DNA of 64,000 nt, taken from the NCBI GenBank assembly GCA_963786935.1, contig CAWBAN010000001.1:1472001-1536000 (forward strand). Direction: 5' to 3'. Below are positions 48,114 through 58,725 of this stretch, piece by piece (the first letter of the stretch is position 1; every line of letters starts with the position of its first letter). A program made the translations under genes and the position numbers. The notes beneath the pieces were generated by a model. The model saw only the letters and a program-made list of their open reading frames with translations. It had not been told where the DNA came from and searched no databases. The DNA comes from an uncultured bacterium (GTDB lineage: Bacteria > Krumholzibacteriota > Krumholzibacteriia > Krumholzibacteriales > Krumholzibacteriaceae).

Positions 48114-49742
48114 ATGAAATCGACGATCACCCTTCTGGCCATCATCTCGATGCTGCTCCTCGTGCCGGCCCTGCCGGGCGAGGCCTGCACGAACTTCCTC
48201 ATCACGAAGGGCGCCTCGGCCGACGGCTCGACCATGATCACCTATTCGGCCGATTCGCACGAGCTCTACGGCGATCTCACCTACATGCCGGCGGCCGACT
48301 ACGCGCCGGGGACGATGCGCGACATCTACGAATGGGACACCGGCAAGTTCCTCGGGCGGATCCCGCAGATCGCCCACACCTACTCGGTCGTCGGGCTCAT
48401 GAACGAGCACCAGGTCTCGATCGGCGAGACGACGTGGGGCGGCCGCGAGGAGCTCTCCGACAGCCTGGCCGTCGTCGACTACGGGAGCCTCATGTACATC
48501 GCCCTCCAGCGCGCGAAGACGGCGCGGGAGGCCATCACCGTCATGACGGAGCTCGTCGCGGCGCACGGCTACTACAGCTCGGGCGAGTCGTTCTCGATCG
48601 CCGATCCGAACGAGGCGTGGATCATGGACATGATCTCGAAGGGCAAGGGGAACAAGGGCGCGGTCTGGGTGGCGCGCCGGGTCCCCGACGGGTACATCGC
48701 GGGGCACGCGAACCATCCGCGCATTCACACATTTCCACTCAACGACAAGGCGAATACTCTCTACTCCCCCGATGTGATCTCCTTCGCGCGCTCGAAGGGA
48801 TATTTCAAGGGCGCCGACGAGGAGTTCGATTTCGCGAACGCCTACGCCCCGCTCGATTACGGCGCGCTCCGCGCCTGCGAGGCGCGCGTGTACGCGATGT
48901 TCAACCGCGCGGCCCCCTCGCTCAAGCTTTCGATGGACTACGTGAAGGGCTTCCCGGGCGCCGAGGTGCTCCCCCTCTGGATCAAGCCGGATAAGAAGCT
49001 CTCCGTGCACGACGTCATGGAGCTCATGCGCGACCACTTCGAGGGAACGGACTTCGACATGACGCAGGACGTCGGCGCGGGCCCGTTCGCATGCCCCTAC
49101 CGGTGGCGCCCGATGTCGTGGGAGGTCGATTCGGTCAAGTACGTGCACGAGCGCGCGACCTCGACCCAGCAGACGGGATTCTCGTTCGTCTCGCAGATGC
49201 GCTCGTGGCTCCCCGGCCCGATCGGCGGCGTCCACTGGTTCGGCGTCGACGACACGTACAGCACCGTGTACAACCCGATCTACTGCGGGATCACGCGCGT
49301 GCCCGAATCGTACGCGGTCGGCGTGGCCGATCTCTACCACTTCTCGTGGAACTCGGCCTTCTGGACCTTCAACTGGGTGGCCAACTTCGCCTACTCGCGC
49401 TATATCGACATGATCAGGGACATTCAGATCGTGCAGCGCGATCTCGAGGGTTCCTTCCTCGCCGCGCAGCCGGGCGTCGAAGCGGCGGCCGCAGCGCTCT
49501 ACAATCAGTCGCCGGCGCTCGCGCGCGATTACCTCACCGAGTACTCGTGCACGACCGCGCAGAGCACGGTCAAGCGGTGGCGCACGCTCGGCGAGCAGCT
49601 CATGGTCAAGTACATGGACGGCAACGTGAAGACCGAGCTCAACGAGGTGCTGCATCCGAAGTATCCGGAATCGTGGTACCGCCGGATCGCCGCCGAGCGT
49701 GGGGAGATTCTCAAGGAGCGCCCGATCGAGCCGAAGAAATAG
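48114..49742 (+). CDS. Peptidase C69 family dipeptidase
   Basis: Signal peptide then N-terminal nucleophile CTNF; MNEHQVSIGETT, ALQRAKTAREAI, GESFSIAD. Confidence 0.9.
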   Translation: MKSTITLLAIISMLLLVPALPGEACTNFLITKGASADGSTMITYSADSHELYGDLTYMPAADYAPGTMRDIYEWDTGKFLGRIPQIAHTYSVVGLMNEHQVSIGETTWGGREELSDSLAVVDYGSLMYIALQRAKTAREAITVMTELVAAHGYYSSGESFSIADPNEAWIMDMISKGKGNKGAVWVARRVPDGYIAGHANHPRIHTFPLNDKANTLYSPDVISFARSKGYFKGADEEFDFANAYAPLDYGALRACEARVYAMFNRAAPSLKLSMDYVKGFPGAEVLPLWIKPDKKLSVHDVMELMRDHFEGTDFDMTQDVGAGPFACPYRWRPMSWEVDSVKYVHERATSTQQTGFSFVSQMRSWLPGPIGGVHWFGVDDTYSTVYNPIYCGITRVPESYAVGVADLYHFSWNSAFWTFNWVANFAYSRYIDMIRDIQIVQRDLEGSFLAAQPGVEAAAAALYNQSPALARDYLTEYSCTTAQSTVKRWRTLGEQLMVKYMDGNVKTELNEVLHPKYPESWYRRIAAERGEILKERPIEPKK

Positions 49743-49759
49743 CCCGGCTGCGCGGCGAC

Positions 49760-51495
49760 TCAGATCTTTTTGCGTCCGGCGATTCCGCCGCCGACGGGAG
49801 TCGCGCTCCTGAGGTCCACGTACTCGCCGTCCGGCAGGAAGAACAGTCCCGGCTCGTGCTCGACGAGCTTCATATGCTCGAGATAGAGCCACCCGTTCTT
49901 TCGCTGGATCCGGGTCGTGAGGACGGGCGTGCCCCCGGCGAGCCATTCGTACGATCCGACGTATTTCTCCCACTCCGGCTTGTCAGGGCCGGTGGGATCG
50001 TTCGGGCCGCCCGCGTATGCGTACCTATCAGCGTCATGCACCGTATAGAGACACGCGGGCGCGCCGTCTGCTCCGACGACGAAGCGGAAGAGCGTCCGAT
50101 ACGCGGTGTTGGGAATGTCAACATAGGCTTCCCGTTCTGAAACGAAGTGCGCCGCGAACGACCGCCCGTCGCGGAGCGTGAAAACGGGAACTCCGTCCTT
50201 CTCGCCGAACTCGACCCAATCCTGCCGCTGCACGTACGTGCCGAAGAGAGGCGCGAGCAGATCTCTCGACACGGTGGTCTCGGAAAGGTCGGCCCACGGC
50301 GTCCACGTCTCGGGCGTCGCCCCCATCGTCGCGAGAATCGTACCGAGAGCGGCGTGCGCGAGCCCCGCGGCGAAATCGGAATTCGAGGAATTCGTGAGAA
50401 CGACGACGCCGACGCCGTACTCCGGAAGCCAGGAGATGTTCGCGCCGAAACCGAAGCCGCCGCCGCTGTGCATCGGGAAGGGATTCCGCAGCGTTCTGCC
50501 CGCGAGACGGTTCGCCTTGAAAACGCCGAGCCCGTGGCCGTAGAGCTGTCCCTGAAAAAAGAACGGCTCGCCGGTCATCGCGTCGACGAATCGCTCGTCG
50601 AGAATACGCTTCGAGCCCGCCATTCCCCTGTTGAGGTGAAAGCGGACGAAGGCGGCCATGTCGACGGCGCTCGCGTACATGCCGCCGCAGGGAATCATGC
50701 CGTGCTCGAACACGAGCTCGGCGCCCCCGGCGGCGCGCCGGTCGCCCGGTTCGGATTCGCCATGATCCGCGCCGCGTCGAACGTGCTCGCGCTCATGCCG
50801 AGCGGCTCGAGGAGCCGTTTCTCGACGTATTTCTCGAAGGGCATCCCCGAAGCGGTCTGCAGCGCATATCCCGCGAGATCCATCCCGAGGTTCGAGTATT
50901 TGTACCGCGAGCCGACGGGAAAAAGCGTCCACGTTTCGCCGATGCTGCGGATGTGATCCTCGAACGTCACGGCGCCGCGCGTGAAGTTGCTTCCGACCGG
51001 CGCCTCGTGGACGAGGCCCGACCGGTGCGTGAGAAAATGCCTGAGCGTCATCAGGTCCTGAGGCTTCTTCTCGAACCGGCTGTGAACGGTGAACTTCGGC
51101 AGGTAAGCGGAGACGGGAGCGTCGAGATCGAGCGTTCCGTCCTGCACGGCGATCATGATCGCGGTCGCCGTAACGACCTTGGAAATTGACTGAAGGCTGA
51201 AAAGCGTCTCGGTCGTCACGGGATCGGTCCCGCCCGTCGACCGGACGCCGAATCCCTTCGCCCAGACGATCCCGTCGCGATCGACGATCGCCATGGAGAG
51301 ACCGGGAATGCCGGCGCCTGCCATGCGCGCCGGCAGCGCGCCGGCGAGCGAGTCGGCGAGGGCGAGAATCTTCTGATCTCCGCGCAGAGCGAGCGGCCGC
51401 GGTTCGTCCGCCGAAACGGGCGAAGAGACGGCGCACAGACCGGCGAGGGTTACTGCGAAGAAGCAAGCCAGCAGGGCGGCTGAGGCGCGTTTCAT
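49760..51495 (-). CDS. Serine hydrolase (class C beta-lactamase-like) with an apparent frameshift in a G5 run at about 50724-50728
   Basis: SISK, LTHRSG, YSN in one frame; GGMYAS, HSGG, GVVVLTN in another. Confidence 0.8.
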
Positions 51496-51655
51496 GGAAC
51501 ACCTCCGAGCGTGTGAGTGGGCGCAGAGCAAGCTCCGTTGGAAAATATCTGCTGTACTGGTATTCAGTACGTCGGGTGCGGAAGAATGTTTCAGATGATA
51601 CGCGCCGATACGGAATCGGGCAGATCGTAGCGCGCCTGCTGCACATCGACAGAAA

Positions 51656-51680
51656 CCCCCCTCCGAAGATTCGGAGGGGG
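51656..51680. terminator. GC-rich hairpin CCCCCTCCGAA-GA-TTCGGAGGGGG between divergent genes
   Basis: Perfect 11-bp arms; no clear U-tract, so it may be an operator or REP rather than a terminator. Confidence 0.35.
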
Positions 51681-51811
51681 CTTCGCGCTATGAGAATCAT
51701 TGAAACAACCATGGCTTGATCGGCGTAAGTTTAGCAACGCTGCGGCGGCCGGCATCTTCGGAATCCACACGCATCGATCTTTTCGCCGCGGACTGAAACG
51801 AGGAGAAATCA

Positions 51812-53023
51812 TTGAAACGAAATGAGAGCATTGCTTTCGTTCTGGCGCTCGCGCTTGCGGGATCGCTCCTTTCGGCGCGCCCCGGCATCGCCGCGGATAA
51901 TCCCCGCGTCGAGCACGTGCTCAACAACCTTCAGGTGATCGATTTCTCCGTGCCCCGGCAGACCGGCGAATCGGCCGCCCTCGCTCAGCGAATGGAGTTC
52001 TACAAGATCCCCGGCGTCAGCATCGCCCTGATCCACGACTTCGCCATCGAATGGGAAAAAGGCGTCGGATGTCTGAAGGCGGGCGATGCGGCTCCCGTCG
52101 ACGAAAAATCGGTGTTCCAGACAGGTTCGGTGAGCAAGTTCGTGACGGGCCTCGTGGCGCTCCATTTCGTGGAGAAGGGTTTGCTGGATCTGGATACCGA
52201 CGTGAATCGATATCTCACTTCCTGGAAGATTCCCGACAATCAAATCACGCGGGAGCGCAAGGTGACGTTGCGCTCCCTCCTGTCCCACACGTCGGGCATA
52301 CCGGCCCAAAGCCAATTGAACGATAGCGCTTCGGTTCTTCAGATTCTGAGCGGCGAGAAACCGGCGAGCAATCCGCCCGCCGTCCCCGAAACCGAACCGG
52401 GCAGCCAATGGAACTATTCGAACATCGGCTACGTCGTCATCCAGCTGATCCTCGAGGATCTCACCGGGGAGCCGTTCCCCCTGCTCGCCGAGGAGGTCGT
52501 TTTCAAGCCGCTCGGCATGACTTCCAGCTCGTTCTCCTATCCCCTCCCAGAGAATCTCCGGAATCGCGAAGCGATGCCCCATCGCACCGACGGATCTCCC
52601 GCCAGTCCCGAGCAGTCCGGGCAGGCTCGGACTCCGGGCGGTCTTCTGAGCACCCCTCACGACATGGCCCTCGTCGTCATGGAGGTCATGAACGCGTACC
52701 TCGGAAAGTCGGATCGAATCGTTTCGCCGAAAACGGCCCGGCTGATGCTCGCCAAACAGATCGACGTGCCGCCGGAGGCCCTCGGTCTGCCGCTGGGCAA
52801 CGGCTTGGGGGTGTTCATCGATTCCACTACCGAAGAGATGTGCTTCCTGCATCCGGGGCATAATTCGCCCGGCACCACGTTCGTTTTCATCGCATACCCG
52901 GCGCTCGGGAAAGGCGCCGTCATCGCGGCGAACGGCAACCTCGGGGATAGGCTCTACTTGGAGATACTGGCCGGTCTCGCCATCGAGTACCGGTGGCCCA
53001 GCGGCCAGCCGTTCAAGCGGTAA
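51812..53023 (+). CDS. Serine hydrolase (class C beta-lactamase-like)
   Basis: Signal peptide; SVSK, LLSHTSG, YSN, HPG. Confidence 0.88.
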   Translation: MKRNESIAFVLALALAGSLLSARPGIAADNPRVEHVLNNLQVIDFSVPRQTGESAALAQRMEFYKIPGVSIALIHDFAIEWEKGVGCLKAGDAAPVDEKSVFQTGSVSKFVTGLVALHFVEKGLLDLDTDVNRYLTSWKIPDNQITRERKVTLRSLLSHTSGIPAQSQLNDSASVLQILSGEKPASNPPAVPETEPGSQWNYSNIGYVVIQLILEDLTGEPFPLLAEEVVFKPLGMTSSSFSYPLPENLRNREAMPHRTDGSPASPEQSGQARTPGGLLSTPHDMALVVMEVMNAYLGKSDRIVSPKTARLMLAKQIDVPPEALGLPLGNGLGVFIDSTTEEMCFLHPGHNSPGTTFVFIAYPALGKGAVIAANGNLGDRLYLEILAGLAIEYRWPSGQPFKR

Positions 53024-53119
53024 GCGAGCACGTCGAAACACGAAGAAGCCCTCGCCGAGGAGGGGGCGCGGATCGATGTCGATTAAGTGTCCGCCGGCTC
53101 AACCAAGGAGGAATCCGTG

Positions 53120-54778
53120 ATGGCCAATTCATTCAAGCCTTATCTGGCGCTGCTGATAGGGATCTGTATCGCGGCGACTTCGTCGGCGCAGGAAGAAAAG
53201 ATCTTCACCCGGCCGGAGCTGGTGCAGGATACGAGACAGCTGACCTCGATCCTGGAGCAGTCCCATCCGGATCCCTATATCAACGGCGGCGGAAAGATCG
53301 CCTTTCACCGCAGACTGCAGAACCTTCTGCAGGTTATACCGGCCGATGGAATGACGGCGGAGGAGTTCCGCGGCCTGATCCTCCCGTTCGTGGCTTCGCT
53401 GCGTGATGGACACACCGCACTGCTGCCGGCGCAGACCGGAGCGCCGCCGTCGCCCGGATTGACCGTTCCCTTCAAGATCATCGACGAATCTCTCGCCGTG
53501 TCCGGCCCGGTGCGCAAGGACGACGTCGACCTGAACGGCGCCCGTCTTATGGCGGTCGACGGAGTGCCGCTGGACGAGCTCATCCGGCGGCAGAACATTC
53601 TGCGCGGGATCGAGAACGTGAGCGGAACGCTGGCGCTTCTGACCAGAAGTCTCGGCACGACGAGAGGCCTGCGGCTTCTCATTCCCGAGCGGGTCGAATC
53701 GAGCGGTATCAGGCTGACCCTGCTTCCGGCAAAGGGCAAGAGCAGGGATTTCGTTTTCCAGCCCGGCGAAGAGATGGAGAGCTCCCCCGCCCCAACGGTC
53801 TCCAAGGTCCGGCTGCCGGACATGAGCCGATCGGATGTGGCCTGGAGCTTTCTGGACGATAAGGGCAAGACCGCGCTTCTGAAGATCGACGACATGTCCG
53901 GCTACCGCGAAGGATGCGAGGCGTGGATCGGCCGGGGGATGTCCGAGGGCCCGGATATGGCCCGGGCGGCGTACCGGAAGTTCCACGGCACGGAGGCGCC
54001 GGAAAAGATCGAAGATGTCCTCGCGGGAATTCCATCGGCCACGGATGTGTTCGCCGATCTCGTGAACGCGATGAAACGCTCGGGAACGCAGAACCTGATC
54101 GTCGATCTGCGCCTGAACACCGGCGGCAACGACCTGATGGCCAACATACTGCTCTATTTCCTTTTCGGCCGCGAGGCCATGGCATCCTGCGGCCAGGGAT
54201 ACCAGATCATGAGGTACTCGGATCTCTATTTCCAGGTATACGCGGACGACTCGCTGGCCCGGATCAACAGCGGCCGCGCCCAGCCGTTGGAGATCGGCGA
54301 CTACGATTTCGCCGAAGAGAGCGCTTTTGTCAACGGGCGCGATCCGGCGGCGGCGCTGAAAGCGGCCGAAGAGTACGTGAAGTACGCCCCGACGTTCTAC
54401 GAGGTTTACCGCCAGGGCCGGTACGAGAAATTCTATAGCCCGTCGCGCATCGTCGTGCTGTGCTCCGCCTGGACTTACAGCTCGGGCTTCACCATGCTCG
54501 CCGCGCTGCAGCAGTTCGGGGCCACGGTCGTCGGGACGACCCCGGCATACGTGGGCAACAACTTCACGGATTCTCTGCTCTTCCGTCTGAAGAACACGCA
54601 GCTCGTCGGCGCCGTATCTTTCAAGAAGAGCGTCACCTTCCCCGAGGATCCGGATACGGGACGCTCCTTGAAACCCGATGTCGTGCTGACCCACGCGAAG
54701 TGGGCTTCGATGGACTTCGATCCCGATGCCGAGGTGCTGTTGGCCCTCGAATTTCTCGCGGGGTCGAAGAAGAAATAG
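53120..54778 (+). CDS. S41 family peptidase
   Basis: Signal peptide; DGHT, IVDLRLNTGG, TYSSG, KPDV. Confidence 0.75.
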   Translation: MANSFKPYLALLIGICIAATSSAQEEKIFTRPELVQDTRQLTSILEQSHPDPYINGGGKIAFHRRLQNLLQVIPADGMTAEEFRGLILPFVASLRDGHTALLPAQTGAPPSPGLTVPFKIIDESLAVSGPVRKDDVDLNGARLMAVDGVPLDELIRRQNILRGIENVSGTLALLTRSLGTTRGLRLLIPERVESSGIRLTLLPAKGKSRDFVFQPGEEMESSPAPTVSKVRLPDMSRSDVAWSFLDDKGKTALLKIDDMSGYREGCEAWIGRGMSEGPDMARAAYRKFHGTEAPEKIEDVLAGIPSATDVFADLVNAMKRSGTQNLIVDLRLNTGGNDLMANILLYFLFGREAMASCGQGYQIMRYSDLYFQVYADDSLARINSGRAQPLEIGDYDFAEESAFVNGRDPAAALKAAEEYVKYAPTFYEVYRQGRYEKFYSPSRIVVLCSAWTYSSGFTMLAALQQFGATVVGTTPAYVGNNFTDSLLFRLKNTQLVGAVSFKKSVTFPEDPDTGRSLKPDVVLTHAKWASMDFDPDAEVLLALEFLAGSKKK

Positions 54779-54835
54779 CGCGGCCCGGCGCGCGGGCCCG
54801 GCCATTCGCCCGGGCCCGCCGCCGCGACGCAAACC

Positions 54836-56347
54836 TCACCGCCCCGCGCCAAGCGCCTTCTCGATGCTTGCCGCGAGCTTCTCGCCGCGCAGGTCCTCGC
54901 CCCACGCCGCGATCTGACCGTCGCGTCCCACGAGGAACGGCGCCGGGATGCTGCCGATGAAGAACTGCTTCCCGATCTCGGTGTCCCAGCCCTTCTCTTC
55001 GTAGATATGGCGCCAGTTCATCCCGAGCGACGCGACCGAGTCGCGGTACGCTTCCTTCGTCAGCCGGTCCGGGAAATCGAACGATATCGACACGACCTCG
55101 AGCCCCTTCGGATGATATTCGCCGTACGCCTTGACGAGCCCGGGGAGCTCCGCGCGGCACGGCGGGCACCACGTGGCCCAGAAATCGATGAGGAGCACCT
55201 TGCCCCGGTATTCGGCGAGGGTGACCTTCTTGCCGTCGAGATCCGCCGTGCCGATCTCGACCGGCCAGAGAACGGTCGCGGCGCCGTTCTCGAGACGGGT
55301 CGAAAGCACGCGATGAACGCGATCGTTCCCGCCGTACCGGGCGACGACCGTGCGCAGAGCCTGGCCGAAGCCGCTCTTGTCGGCGCCCGGCGCGGCGTAG
55401 GCGTTGACGACCTCGAGCGCCTGCGCGCCCGCGTAGAACTCGGATCCGTCCGCGATTTTCGAGAGATAGGCTTCCGCCTTCTTGAACGCGTCCGCGCATC
55501 GCGCGTCGTCCTTCGCATATTTGAGCGAGAGCGCCGTGGCGGCCGAATAGTTGGCCTCGGCCGCGCCCGCCGCGGCCGGGGCGCCCTTCAGGTAGTCATC
55601 GACCTCGCGCACAACGAGATCGCTCACCGCGCCCCATCCGGGCGAGTACGGCGACTGGAGACGCATCGAGGCCCGCACCCGCTCGAGACCGTAATCAAAT
55701 GTCGAATCGGCCGCCCGCAGGGCCTTCATCGCGGCGAGGTAACGTCCGGCGGCCGACGCCTGCTCCGAGATATACTGCGAGGAGGTCCAGAACTCGCGCT
55801 GCTTGCCGCGAAGCCGGTCCTGGTCCTTCTTCCACGCCTCGAGAGACGCGACGCTCGTGAACGTGTCGGCCGGCCCCGTGTATTCCGGGAGCCCCTTGGC
55901 GAGATGCGCCGTGCCCTTTTCGAAATTGGCGCGCGCGCGCGCGACGAGGTCCTTCATGCGCGAATCGTCCTGGAGCGCCTTGAAATCGGGATCCTCCTCG
56001 AGCGATTCGGGCATATCCATGCCGTTATCGACGAGGCGGGTGAGCCATTTGAACGCCTCGTCCTTGTTATCCATGCGCGCATAGGCGCACGCCGTGTTGT
56101 AATCGGATGACAGAGCTCCCGGCATGAGCTTCGCCGCCTCGGCGAATTTCGCCGTGGCGCCGGCGAGATCCTTCGCGTCGAGGAGCTCGTACCCTTGTCC
56201 CGTGAGCTCCTGCGCCTTCGCGATTATCGAGTCGGCGTAGGAGACGGGGCCCGCCGTCTTCGTTTGTTTCTTGGAGCACGAGCCGAACGCGAGGAGAGCC
56301 GCCAGCGCGCAGACGGCGGCGACCGAGATGCGGAAAGAACGGTTCAT
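54836..56347 (-). CDS. Lipoprotein with TPR region and C-terminal TlpA-type thioredoxin domain
   Basis: Lipobox AFGSC; YNTACAYA TPR; DFWATWCPPC, SIP. Confidence 0.85.
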   Translation of the reverse strand: MNRSFRISVAAVCALAALLAFGSCSKKQTKTAGPVSYADSIIAKAQELTGQGYELLDAKDLAGATAKFAEAAKLMPGALSSDYNTACAYARMDNKDEAFKWLTRLVDNGMDMPESLEEDPDFKALQDDSRMKDLVARARANFEKGTAHLAKGLPEYTGPADTFTSVASLEAWKKDQDRLRGKQREFWTSSQYISEQASAAGRYLAAMKALRAADSTFDYGLERVRASMRLQSPYSPGWGAVSDLVVREVDDYLKGAPAAAGAAEANYSAATALSLKYAKDDARCADAFKKAEAYLSKIADGSEFYAGAQALEVVNAYAAPGADKSGFGQALRTVVARYGGNDRVHRVLSTRLENGAATVLWPVEIGTADLDGKKVTLAEYRGKVLLIDFWATWCPPCRAELPGLVKAYGEYHPKGLEVVSISFDFPDRLTKEAYRDSVASLGMNWRHIYEEKGWDTEIGKQFFIGSIPAPFLVGRDGQIAAWGEDLRGEKLAASIEKALGAGR

Positions 56348-56436
56348 GGCGATCCTTTCTGCGAATGAGGCCAGGGAACGTGCAGTACCGATTGCATTCT
56401 TATACCGCACGCAGGGGACGCGGCGCTAGTTTTTCT

Positions 56437-56465
56437 TTGACAGGGTGGTCTCATGACCCTATAAT
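56437..56465 (+). promoter_or_regulatory. Perfect-consensus sigma70 promoter TTGACA-N17-TATAAT
   Basis: TTGACA 56437-56442 and TATAAT 56460-56465, upstream of the acyl-CoA dehydrogenase operon. Confidence 0.8.
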
Positions 56466-56514
56466 CTGGAGCCTTGATTCTTGAATTACAACAACATACG
56501 AAGGAAGGGCCCGC

Positions 56515-57672
56515 ATGCTGAATTACGATCTCAGCGAGGAGCAGCAGATACTTCGCGATTCCGTCCGCGAGTTCGCCGAGAAGGAGATAAAGCCGGTCGC
56601 CGAGCACCTCGACGAGAAGGAGGAGTTCTCCCTCGATCTTGTGAAGAAGATGGCCGAGATGGGCCTCTTCGGGATGTTCGTCTCGGAGGAGTACGGGGGG
56701 AGCAACGTCGGCTACGTCGCCTACGTCATCGCCGTCGAGGAGCTCGCCCGCGTGGACGGCTCGGCCGCGGCGACCGTGGCGGCGGCGAACTCGCTCGGCA
56801 TCGGCCCGATCTTCTATTTCGGGAACGACGAGCAGAAGCGCGAGTGGCTCCCGCGGCTTTGCCGCGGCGAGGCGCTCGCCTCCTTCGGGCTCACCGAGCC
56901 GAACGCCGGGAGCGACGCGGGCGGGAGCCAGACGACGGCCGAGCTCAAGAACGGCGAATGGATCATCAACGGGAGCAAGATATTCATCACGAACTCCTCC
57001 TCCCCGATGTCGGAGATCATCATCGTGCAGGCGAAGACGGGCGAGCGCGCGCCGGGGAAAAGCGAGCTCTCCTGCATCCTCGTCCCGAACAAGACCCCCG
57101 GCGTCACCGCGAAGACGATGCACGGGAAGATGATGTGGCGCTCGTCCAACACGGGCGAGCTCTACTTCGACAACGTGAAGGTCCCCGAGAAGAACATGGT
57201 GGGAAAGCGCGGCGAGGGATTCAAGCAGATGCTCTCGACGCTCGACCGCGGGCGCCTCGCGATCGCGGCGATGGGGCTCGGCGGCGCGCAGGGCGCCTTC
57301 GAGCTCGCGCTCGCCTACGCGAAGGAGCGGCGGCAGTTCGGCAAGCCGATCGCGAGCTTCCAGGCGGTCGCCTTCAAGCTCGCCGACATGGCGATGGAGA
57401 TCGAGGCCGCCCGCAGCCTCCTCTACAAGGCGTGCTGGCTCTGCGAGCAGAAGCGGCACTTCGGCAAGGAAGCGGCGATGGCGAAGCTCTACTGCAGCGA
57501 GGTCATGAGCCGCGCCGTGAACGAGGCCGTGCAGATCCACGGCGGATACGGACTCATGCGCGAGTATCAGATCGAGCGGTTTTACCGCGACCAGAAGCTC
57601 CTCGAGATCGGCGAAGGAACGAGCGAGATCCAGCGCGTCGTGATCGCCCGCAATCTCGGCTGTCTCGAATAA
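56515..57672 (+). CDS. Acyl-CoA dehydrogenase (SCAD/Bcd-like)
   Basis: FGLTEPNAGSDA, NGSKIFITN, RRQFGKPI, QIHGGYG, IGEGTSEIQR. Confidence 0.95.
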   Translation: MLNYDLSEEQQILRDSVREFAEKEIKPVAEHLDEKEEFSLDLVKKMAEMGLFGMFVSEEYGGSNVGYVAYVIAVEELARVDGSAAATVAAANSLGIGPIFYFGNDEQKREWLPRLCRGEALASFGLTEPNAGSDAGGSQTTAELKNGEWIINGSKIFITNSSSPMSEIIIVQAKTGERAPGKSELSCILVPNKTPGVTAKTMHGKMMWRSSNTGELYFDNVKVPEKNMVGKRGEGFKQMLSTLDRGRLAIAAMGLGGAQGAFELALAYAKERRQFGKPIASFQAVAFKLADMAMEIEAARSLLYKACWLCEQKRHFGKEAAMAKLYCSEVMSRAVNEAVQIHGGYGLMREYQIERFYRDQKLLEIGEGTSEIQRVVIARNLGCLE

Positions 57673-57690
57673 CGCACCCGGAGGCATCGA

Positions 57691-58713
57691 ATGGACATCA
57701 TCGAAGAAGGAAAGGGCGAGCTTCTCGGCTTCCACGATCCCGACGAGCAGCGCGCCTGGATCGCCCTGAACAAATCGACCGCCCTCGTCGACAAGCGGAT
57801 GACGGTGGCGGAGGCGGTCGAGAAATATATCCCGGACGGCTCGTACATCGCATCCGGGGGCTTCGGCCACATCAGGGTCGCGATGTCGGTCATCTACGAG
57901 ATCATCCGGCGCAAGCGCCGCAACCTCGCCATCGCCGGCAAGACCGCCGTGCACGATTTCGACATCCTCATGGGGGCGGGCTGCATCGCCAAGTGCGAGA
58001 CGGCCTACTCCTTCGGGCACGAGCTGCGCGGCCTCTCCCCCGCCTCGCGGCGGGCCGTCGAATCGGGGCGCGTGAAGGTCGTGGCCGAGACGTCGAACGC
58101 CGGCTACCAGTGGCGCTTCCTCGCGGGCATGATGGGCGTGCCGTTCATCCCGGCGCGAAACCTCCTCGGCACGGATACGCTCCGCTACTCGTCGGCGAAG
58201 GTCGCCACGGATCCCTTCACGGGGAAGCCCGTCACGCTCATTCCGTCGGCCAACCCCGACGTCGTCCTCATGCACGTGCCCCGCTGCGACAAGTACGGGA
58301 ACTGCCAGATCGACGGCATCCTCATCATGGATTACGAGCTCGCGCGCTCGGCGCGCCGCCTCATCGTGACGACGGAGGAGATCGTCGACGAGGAGGAGAT
58401 CCGGAAGGTCCCGTGGCGCACCGTGATCCCCTACATGTACGTCGACGCCGTGTGCGAGGTGCCCTTTGGATCGCACCCGTGCCAGATGCCCTACCTCTAC
58501 TTCTTCGACGAGGAGATCATCGGCGAATGGCTCGCGCTCTCGAAAACGGACGAGGGCGTGAACGAGTTCTTTGACAAGTACGTCTTCGGCGTGAAGGATT
58601 TCGACGAATACCTCGAGCGCGTGGGCGGTTCGGAGAAGCTCGAGCACCTCAGACGCGTCGAGCGCCTCGAGGAGCAGATGCGCGCGCCGTGGCTCAAAGG
58701 AAAAAAGGAATAG
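57691..58713 (+). CDS. Family I CoA-transferase subunit A (GctA-like)
   Basis: EAVEKYIPDG..IASGGF, GVPFIP, DKYGN, P.GSHP. Confidence 0.85.
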   Translation: MDIIEEGKGELLGFHDPDEQRAWIALNKSTALVDKRMTVAEAVEKYIPDGSYIASGGFGHIRVAMSVIYEIIRRKRRNLAIAGKTAVHDFDILMGAGCIAKCETAYSFGHELRGLSPASRRAVESGRVKVVAETSNAGYQWRFLAGMMGVPFIPARNLLGTDTLRYSSAKVATDPFTGKPVTLIPSANPDVVLMHVPRCDKYGNCQIDGILIMDYELARSARRLIVTTEEIVDEEEIRKVPWRTVIPYMYVDAVCEVPFGSHPCQMPYLYFFDEEIIGEWLALSKTDEGVNEFFDKYVFGVKDFDEYLERVGGSEKLEHLRRVERLEEQMRAPWLKGKKE

Positions 58714-58725
58714 CGAGGATCATCG

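Noticed and set aside
50720..50732. Phase variation in the serine hydrolase
   Set aside because: The run is only G5; more likely a homopolymer consensus error, which needs reads to settle
51552..51567. E. coli-type SOS box CTG-N10-CAG
   Set aside because: Imperfect match, lies upstream of non-SOS genes, and no such box occurs at the lexA promoter
56442..56460. AGGGT...ACCCT inverted repeat in the promoter spacer as an operator
   Set aside because: Only 5-bp arms, which is expected by chance
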